A stretch of 64,000 bases of DNA from a virus. The notes under the pieces were generated by a model, which was given only the letters and a program-made list of their open reading frames with translations, had not been told where the DNA came from and ran no database searches. Made by a program: the position numbers and the translations under genes. The DNA lies in the IMG/VR virus record IMGVR_UViG_3300047160_015156, positions 34,217-98,216 of that record; one strand, given 5' to 3'. The number at the start of each line of letters is the position of its first letter. Position 1 is the first letter of the stretch. This document shows, piece after piece, positions 58,248-64,000 of this stretch.

Positions 58248-58763
58248 ATGAAGATGATGACGATGTGGGCGATGCTGTTGCTCGGAACCGCGGCGTGTAC
58301 GCATCAAGTCTCGGGGGAGGGGGAGAGACCACCGGCGGAACCAACGGTTGCCGGTGAAACCGAACCCTCTCCCCCCGCGGCAAACCCCTCACCGAGCTCG
58401 CCGGCGCCTCACCAGGAGGCTCCGACGACCGCCCCCACCCCAACCCCCCAAGCGCTCACCCCACCCCCGCAGCCGGCTCCTACGAGCTCGGCGCCCGCCC
58501 CCGTTCCGGATGACTCCCTCAAGGAGAACGGTTTCGCGGCTCAGAACGCATGGTGTGCGTGCAAGATCACGGCTCAGGACTACTTCGAGGAGAACAAGGC
58601 GGGGTATTATCAAACCGACTTGAAGGCGTGCATCGGGACCGTCGCGACCTCGAAGGAGTGTGCCGCTGACAAGTCCCACGATTGCATTCTCGCCCTTGAT
58701 GCCCCGAGCACCTACTGCACGATCAAGGCGCTCCCACCGAGCTGCGTCTATTGCGTCAACTGA
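58248..58763 (+). CDS. lipoprotein with Pro-rich linker and Cys-rich domain
   Basis: LLGTAAC lipobox; P/T/S linker; 8 further Cys. Confidence 0.7.
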   Translation: MKMMTMWAMLLLGTAACTHQVSGEGERPPAEPTVAGETEPSPPAANPSPSSPAPHQEAPTTAPTPTPQALTPPPQPAPTSSAPAPVPDDSLKENGFAAQNAWCACKITAQDYFEENKAGYYQTDLKACIGTVATSKECAADKSHDCILALDAPSTYCTIKALPPSCVYCVN

Positions 58764-58852
58764 GACGCACAGGAGACGTGACCTCGTTTCTGGATGCGCT
58801 ATCTTCAAAGGGTCGGGAGCGAGGAGCTCCTGGGAAACCCGGAGGACGGCGA

Positions 58853-59206
58853 ATGAAAACGGTCATGCTCACCAAGAAGTTCAAGCGCGTGCCCGCGAAG
58901 GAGAAGGGTCTCGTCCGCTGCCCCGGAGAAGCCCACACGAACCCCTACATCGACCACTGCATGCTCTGTCTGCGGTCGAAGTGGGGATGGATGAAGGAGT
59001 ACGAGGTGATCACGCCGGCGGAGTGCATGACGGGGAAGGCCGTTGCCTACACCGACTCGGACGTTCCCGCGTTCATCGCCGCGCATGCGGTCGGGAAGGT
59101 CGCGCTCGTCCACATGACGCAGAAGTTCCGGGGTGGGACATCCAACTTTCTTGCCTGGATCCTGGCCTCGGAGGTCGAGGAAGAAAACGTTGTCCCGGTC
59201 GTTTGA
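58853..59206 (+). CDS. early hypothetical protein
   Basis: Module RBS; CPGEAH.NPYIDHCMLC. Confidence 0.65.
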   Translation: MKTVMLTKKFKRVPAKEKGLVRCPGEAHTNPYIDHCMLCLRSKWGWMKEYEVITPAECMTGKAVAYTDSDVPAFIAAHAVGKVALVHMTQKFRGGTSNFLAWILASEVEEENVVPVV

Positions 59207-59296
59207 GACTCACTGGAGACGTGATCGAGCTCGAGAAGGTGCTAGTTTCATGGAGTCGGGAGCGCGAGGAGCGCTCCCCGGGAGACGGAGGACGTC

Positions 59297-59545
59297 ATGT
59301 TCGATGCCACCAAGAACACCGCCACGGAAGCTCAGGCCTACGAGGCCATGCGCCAGGCGCAATGCAACGAGCACAAGGGCGCGATGCGAAGTTCCGCGAA
59401 GCACTGCGCGGAAGAGTCTGCGCGCTTCTTCAATGCGGGGATGTTTGGATATGCCCACGAGTGGGCGTGTGAGAGCCTCCGCTACAGCGTCGGGATCCTC
59501 CACCCCGCCTACCAAGCGGCCGTGAAGGAAGGGAGGAAGTCATGA
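59297..59545 (+). CDS. early hypothetical protein
   Basis: Module RBS; SLRYSVGILHPAY. Confidence 0.65.
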   Translation: MFDATKNTATEAQAYEAMRQAQCNEHKGAMRSSAKHCAEESARFFNAGMFGYAHEWACESLRYSVGILHPAYQAAVKEGRKS

Positions 59546-59796
59546 AGATCATCGCAGTCATTCCGTCGCGCCGATGGCGCCACAAGTCTGGGCGAAGCGC
59601 GAGCCTCTATGGCGCGATCCCCTGGACGGGAGCTCCCGGGAACACTCAAGCGGATTGGATGCTCGAGACGAGCGGATGGACCTGGGAATGCTCGAACGGA
59701 ACCATCGGCCTTGGGCGGTTCCCCGCGGAGACGAAGGAGGAGGCCGAGGAGGTCATGAAGAATCACAACGCACGATTCGGAGGCTGTCATGAATGA
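59542..59796 (+). CDS. early hypothetical protein
   Basis: ATGA overlap. Confidence 0.6.
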   Translation: MKIIAVIPSRRWRHKSGRSASLYGAIPWTGAPGNTQADWMLETSGWTWECSNGTIGLGRFPAETKEEAEEVMKNHNARFGGCHE

Positions 59797-60115
59797 GAAG
59801 ATCGCCAAAAACTGGACGCCGCAGGTGTGGGCGGACTGGCATACCAACTCCTTCGCCGCGCGCGACCCCTCCCACTACCACGCCCTCGCCCGTCGTCTCG
59901 CCGCCGCGATCTTTCACCTTCGCGCGCACGCCGGGCTCTACACCACGCGCGAGACGAACCTGATGGGAGCGACGATCTACGTCCTTCACCTTGATGCCTC
60001 CCGCTACGATTGGAATCTCATCTGGGGAGCGGTCGGAGGGTTCGAACACTGGGCGGGGAAGAAGGGCGTACTCACCGAGGCGCAGACGGAGCAGGCGCTT
60101 CGGGGGGCCGCGTAG
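59789..60115 (+). CDS. early hypothetical protein
   Basis: GGAGG RBS. Confidence 0.6.
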   Translation: MNEKIAKNWTPQVWADWHTNSFAARDPSHYHALARRLAAAIFHLRAHAGLYTTRETNLMGATIYVLHLDASRYDWNLIWGAVGGFEHWAGKKGVLTEAQTEQALRGAA

Positions 60116-60337
60116 ATGCCTGGGAAGCGCTCGGGCCCGGGATACCCTCCTCCGCCTCCCACGTGCCCCATCTGTCGCACCGAGGACCGTCCTTCCGCGA
60201 TCGCGTGGGAGCTTGGCTTCATTGCCGGCGCGGCCGCGAAGAACGAGGAGCTCGAAGTGCTCGTAAACCAGATCTGCGACCACCACGCGACGTCACTCGC
60301 ACGCATCCTCAAGAATCAACTTCGGAGACGCACATGA
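60116..60337 (+). CDS. early hypothetical protein
   Basis: TAGATG coupling. Confidence 0.5.
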   Translation: MPGKRSGPGYPPPPPTCPICRTEDRPSAIAWELGFIAGAAAKNEELEVLVNQICDHHATSLARILKNQLRRRT

Positions 60338-60415
60338 GACGTGATCCCTCCTGAAAAAGGAGTAGTTTGATGAGTGTCGGGAGCGCGGAGCTTCCGGGGA
60401 AAGACGGAGGACGTC

Positions 60416-60727
60416 ATGGGCAAGTCGATTTTTCAGGGGTTCGCGACGCGCAAGGTCGCGTTCACCGAGAAGGAAGGCGTCTGGATCCATCGTCCCTATG
60501 ACAACAGCTCCTACCAACACTCGGAGTGGTGGTTGGCACAGGTGTGGGTCCCCCGTCAGGGGACGGGGTGGAACGTGCGCGTCGATGCCATGAACGCACG
60601 CTTCGTCGAAGGTGTGGACAATTCTCGCCGGATCACCGATGAATTCGGCAAGACCCGCAACTTCCCCACGGAGAAGGAAGCGAAGGATCACGCGGAGTTG
60701 TGCTTGCGCCTCCAGCGCATGTCCTGA
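60416..60727 (+). CDS. early hypothetical protein
   Basis: Module RBS. Confidence 0.65.
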   Translation: MGKSIFQGFATRKVAFTEKEGVWIHRPYDNSSYQHSEWWLAQVWVPRQGTGWNVRVDAMNARFVEGVDNSRRITDEFGKTRNFPTEKEAKDHAELCLRLQRMS

Positions 60728-60817
60728 GACGTAGAAGAGACGTGACTCGATCACGTTTGATGCTAGTTTGATGAGGGTCGGGAGCGAGGAGCTCCCGGGA
60801 AGGAAGCGGAGGACGCG

Positions 60818-61090
60818 ATGGACACTCTCGGCACCCAGGAGACGATGGACAAGGCTTTCAAGCTCGTGGACCCCACGGACCGCGGGGCGAAGGACTGGCG
60901 CGAGCCGATTCGCGCGTGGGTGACGGAGGAGACGCTCACGGCCGCGGGGGTGACCATCACCGAGGTCGAGGACGCGATTCGCTTCTACACCGCGACGGAA
61001 CCGAAGACGGAGCGTCTCGAGATCTTCGGCGGTGGCCATGGGTACTACCTGATGGCGAAGGGGTACCGGATGGGCCCCGCGGGCCCGTGA
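60818..61090 (+). CDS. early hypothetical protein
   Basis: Module RBS; DWREPI...AIRFYTAT...GYRMGPAG. Confidence 0.7.
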   Translation: MDTLGTQETMDKAFKLVDPTDRGAKDWREPIRAWVTEETLTAAGVTITEVEDAIRFYTATEPKTERLEIFGGGHGYYLMAKGYRMGPAGP

Positions 61091-61194
61091 GGGAGACGCA
61101 GAAGAGACGAAGATAGTTCTCGACGGTTTCTGAAAAAGTACTAGGATGATGAGTGTCGGGGCCGCGAGGAGCGGCTCCGGAAGCGGAGGACGCG

Positions 61195-61437
61195 ATGGAC
61201 ATGCACCCGATGATGGTGGACTGGTTCGAAGAGCTCGCGGATGGCGCTTGGAGCGACCGAAAGTCCGAGGCCGCTCGCTTCCTCGATGTCGTGAACCGCG
61301 GTGGGCGCGACCCCTGGTCTGCTCGCCACCACCGCGAGTGGATGGCGCTCCCCGGGTTCGACCGCGTGAAGAAGCTCGCTCTCGCGATCGTCCGCGGCGA
61401 AGTGACGAAGGATTCTCTCGTGAAAGGGGTGTTCTGA
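61195..61437 (+). CDS. early hypothetical protein
   Basis: Module RBS. Confidence 0.6.
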   Translation: MDMHPMMVDWFEELADGAWSDRKSEAARFLDVVNRGGRDPWSARHHREWMALPGFDRVKKLALAIVRGEVTKDSLVKGVF

Positions 61438-61862
61438 TGGAACGGGTTACGCTCTACTTCCGGTCGGAGTTCGGTTTCGGAATCACAAAGGTGGAGGCGA
61501 AGGTCGCCACGGTGTCCGTGAAGCCTTACGCGCAGTACGAGCGGGGGATCTTCGTCGAGTTCAAGCGGGCGCGGGAGCGGAGGATGCGGGGCTTCGTCCA
61601 GGCCTACGGGCCGTCGCTCGTGGTGCTCGAGGGGTGGGGTCACCTGAACCCTGATGGCATGTGGGTGGAGGAGCGGGTCATGGGCGACGTCACCACGAGT
61701 GAGTCGCGGTACTCCTCGTGTGATCCGCGGTGGCAGAGTGACTTCGACTCGAAGCTCGAGGCCTACCTCGCCGACAAGCCGGCGACAGTCGTGCTCCACG
61801 ACTTTCGGAAGCATCAACCCGGATGTCGGGGGATGATCTCGTCCTGTCCGTGCTGCTCGTGA
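61437..61862 (+). CDS. early hypothetical protein
   Basis: TGATG coupling; PYAQY...LEGWGH. Confidence 0.65.
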   Translation: MERVTLYFRSEFGFGITKVEAKVATVSVKPYAQYERGIFVEFKRARERRMRGFVQAYGPSLVVLEGWGHLNPDGMWVEERVMGDVTTSESRYSSCDPRWQSDFDSKLEAYLADKPATVVLHDFRKHQPGCRGMISSCPCCS

Positions 61863-61949
61863 GACGCACTGGAGACGTGATCGAGCTCGAGAAGATGCTA
61901 GTTTGATGAGTGTCGGGAGTGAGGAACTCCCGGGGACCGGAGGACGGTG

Positions 61950-62144
61950 ATGGAGCTCAAGGGGATGCAGCGGTTGATGATGGCGATGGCGGAGAACGCC
62001 GGCGGCGAGGAAGTCCACGTCGCGTGGCCGAAGGAGAAGCGTGCGGTCGTCGCCCTCGAGCAAAAAGGGCTCGTCACGGTCCGCCGGACCACGGTGAAGT
62101 GCGCGGAGTTCACGGAGTGGTACTACCGGGCGGTGACGCCGTGA
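61950..62144 (+). CDS. early hypothetical protein
   Basis: Module RBS. Confidence 0.6.
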   Translation: MELKGMQRLMMAMAENAGGEEVHVAWPKEKRAVVALEQKGLVTVRRTTVKCAEFTEWYYRAVTP

Positions 62145-62523
62145 TGACCCCGGAGAAGCTCGCGCGGCTCCTTCGGGAGCTGCAATCCGACCTTGACGAC
62201 TTGGTGCGTCAAGGTGCTATGACGCCGGCGGAGGCCAACGAGTGGACGAACGCGAAGGCCGATTACTGGACGGCGGAGAGCGAAGCTCAGGGATGAAACT
62301 TGCGATCCGGAAGATCGGGAACGGGTGGCAGGTCTACAGCGTGAGCTCGAGGTGGAAGTCCAGCGTTACGTGGGCGACGTTCGAGCAGGCACAAGGGCAT
62401 CTCCTGACGGTCGAAAGATCTTCCAAGGGAGACGCAGATGAGACGTGATTCGAGCTCGGAATGAGCTAGTTTCATAGTGTCGGGACGGCGCGGAGCCGGC
62501 CCGGGACCCGGAGGACGGGAGCC

Positions 62524-62697
62524 ATGACGAGCCAGTTTTTCATCGCGCCTGCCACGACCCCCGCCGCTGAGGAAGTGATCCTTCCCCGGCCCCCTCGGGT
62601 GCCTTCGACCACGAAGCTCGAGATCGCAGCGGTCCGAGCTCTTCAGGAGACGCAGCGGGCGACTGTCCCGCCGCCGTCGCGGGGAGGTGTGCGATGA
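62524..62697 (+). CDS. 57-aa Pro-rich peptide (missed by the ORF track)
   Basis: Module RBS; MTSQFFIAPA...PRPPRVPS; stop overlaps the next ATG. Confidence 0.55.
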   Translation: MTSQFFIAPATTPAAEEVILPRPPRVPSTTKLEIAAVRALQETQRATVPPPSRGGVR

Positions 62698-63125
62698 CTC
62701 AGATGACCGAAGTACAGGCGATCGAGGCGTTCGTGACCGCGGGGAATGCGACGTTCACCCTTCTGAGCTCGAAGACGGGCCAGCGTTTCACCTTCCTCGT
62801 GCGGAAGAAGGAGGAATCGGAGGTCGGTCCCTGGTTCGTGTCGGTCCTCACCGGCCCGAACAACTCCGAAGACTTCGAGTTTCTCGGCACGATCTTCTCC
62901 CCCGATGCCTTCCGTCATGGGAAGAAGTCTCGGGTCTCCACCGACGCCCCGAGCGCGAAGGCGTTCGCGTGGTTCTGGGGTCAACTGGCGAAGTCCGTGC
63001 TCCCGTCCGTGTGCTCGTTCTATCACGAGGGGCGGTGTGGTCGGTGTGGGAGGAAGCTGACCACGCCGGAATCGGTTCAAAGAGGCTTAGGCCCAGTGTG
63101 TGCTTCGATGTACGATGCTGCCTGA
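62694..63125 (+). CDS. DUF6011-like zinc-finger protein
   Basis: AGNATFTLLS.KTG.RFTF...LTGPNN...CGRCGRKLTTPESVQRGLGPVC. Confidence 0.8.
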   Translation: MTQMTEVQAIEAFVTAGNATFTLLSSKTGQRFTFLVRKKEESEVGPWFVSVLTGPNNSEDFEFLGTIFSPDAFRHGKKSRVSTDAPSAKAFAWFWGQLAKSVLPSVCSFYHEGRCGRCGRKLTTPESVQRGLGPVCASMYDAA

Positions 63126-63637
63126 CGAAGGGCTTCGGGGGACTCGTAAAAGAGTCCCAAACCGAAGTTGCAGGCCTCGCAGAGAAGGCCTCGGAAGAGG
63201 CCTGAACGATGGTCATGGTCGATCGCGAGGCGCTTGGAAGATCCGCTGCAGATTGAACAAGATTTTTGGGTTTGGAGAAGATGTAGGATATGGTTCATCT
63301 CTGACTCTAGACCGAGAACACGAATCTTCCGTCGCTGCTTCTGAAGTAAGTGCTTCTCGGGATTCTTGCGTTCCCATTCTCGGGTTGCTCGTTTGCGTGT
63401 CGCGGGAGGGCGCGACTCGTACCGTTCGCGTTCCTTCTTTGATTCGCATTCCTTGCACCAAGACCTTGGTTTCGGTGTCGCTCGAGTGCGGATTCGAAAG
63501 CAGTCCATTGGAAGTGCGCGGAGACATAACCGACACTCTCGTTCTGTTCCGGTCTTGTACCGACATGTACGACATAGCGTCGCGATCAGTCTTTTAGGTT
63601 CGCCGCATCCGGGACAGGAATCGTAGCCGCGACGCAT
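63077..63637 (-). CDS. endonuclease VII-like HNH nuclease (only clear minus-strand gene)
   Basis: CSIC...LAIDHDHRSGLFRGLLCEACNFGLGLF...ALRQAASYI. Confidence 0.88.
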   Translation of the reverse strand: MRRGYDSCPGCGEPKRLIATLCRTCRYKTGTERECRLCLRALPMDCFRIRTRATPKPRSWCKECESKKERERYESRPPATRKRATREWERKNPEKHLLQKQRRKIRVLGLESEMNHILHLLQTQKSCSICSGSSKRLAIDHDHRSGLFRGLLCEACNFGLGLFYESPEALRQAASYIEAHTGPKPL

Positions 63638-63661
63638 TCACTTCATCTAAACGGAATAGGT

Positions 63662-63724
63662 CCGCCGTGCACGCGTTGTGCACGGCGGCATGACCCTACC
63701 ATCGTCCACTATAATCGGGAGACG
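63662..63724 (+). promoter_or_regulatory. 11-bp inverted repeat plus TATAAT -10 element in a divergent intergenic region
   Basis: CCGCCGTGCAC-GCGTT-GTGCACGGCGG; TATAAT 63710-63715, 9 nt before ATG 63725. Confidence 0.55.
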
Positions 63725-64000
63725 ATGGCGAAATTCGACGAAGACTCGCATCCGAGGGATGAGCGCGGTCGGTTTTCGTCCGGAGGCGGCGGCGGTGGTC
63801 CGAAGGAGTGGGCACGCGCGGGAGGCGCGGGAGCTCTCGCGGGCTCTGGCGCTGGAAAACCGTCGTTGAAGGAGTGGGCATCGGGCAAGCGCGCTGATGC
63901 TGCTCCCGGAAAGCTCACGGACATGCAACGTACCCAGATGAAGCAAACGGTAGATGCTCTGAAGAAGAGCATCGCAGCCGGGAAGCTCAAGGAAGGCGTT
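63725..64000 (+). CDS. HPRD..GRF-motif protein, probably head-associated (3'-truncated)
   Basis: MAKFDEDSHPRDERGRFSSGGGGGG, translated by hand; frame open to the window end. Confidence 0.65.
   Translation, partial: MAKFDEDSHPRDERGRFSSGGGGGGPKEWARAGGAGALAGSGAGKPSLKEWASGKRADAAPGKLTDMQRTQMKQTVDALKKSIAAGKLKEGV

Larger units (their letters stand above)
55705..62523 (+). repeat. 11 dispersed copies of a ~90-bp promoter-hairpin-RBS module heading small-gene cassettes
   Basis: Copies start at 55705, 56526, 57127, 57705, 58762, 59205, 60325, 60726, 61093, 61861, 62429; partial copy near 55947. Confidence 0.9.

Noticed and set aside
55705-62523. CRISPR array or integron attC array
   Set aside because: The repeats are degenerate promoter/RBS modules separated by 350-1100 bp of genes; there is no attC-type inverted core structure and no integrase in the window.

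Overview
A 64-kb segment of a large, GC-rich tailed-phage (or prophage) genome. Almost every gene is on the + strand. The host may be a myxobacterium (weak inference from GC content and Pro/Cys-rich lipoproteins). Layout: (1) 0.8-19 kb, replication and recombination: DnaB-like helicase, primase, family B polymerase, SSB, RecA, DinG, SbcD/SbcC, resolvase, ParB-like protein. (2) 19-31 kb, nucleotide metabolism and DNA methylation (dNMP kinase, two MTases, ThyX, dCMP deaminase) plus many small ORFs. (3) 31.4-33.5 kb, the standout locus: a solitary Cas7/RAMP-like gene, a leader hairpin, a ~500-bp non-coding array of GGY-NN pentamers grouped into ~8 units by GGCAGG, and an accessory gene. This is a candidate CRISPR-independent RNA-guided system. 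(4) 33.5-55.7 kb: TerS-like and TerL genes, fibre-like proteins, glycosyltransferases, HNH nucleases. (5) 55.7-62.7 kb, an array of small-gene cassettes, each headed by a copy of a ~90-bp promoter/hairpin/RBS module, with two atypical tRNA-like elements. Two motifs are dispersed across the window: GCGGCATC 8-10 nt upstream of many start codons (putative phage-specific leaderless promoter) and a perfect 18-bp palindrome CTGAACATCGATGTTCAG (4 copies). All calls come from reading motifs by eye; no database searches were run.
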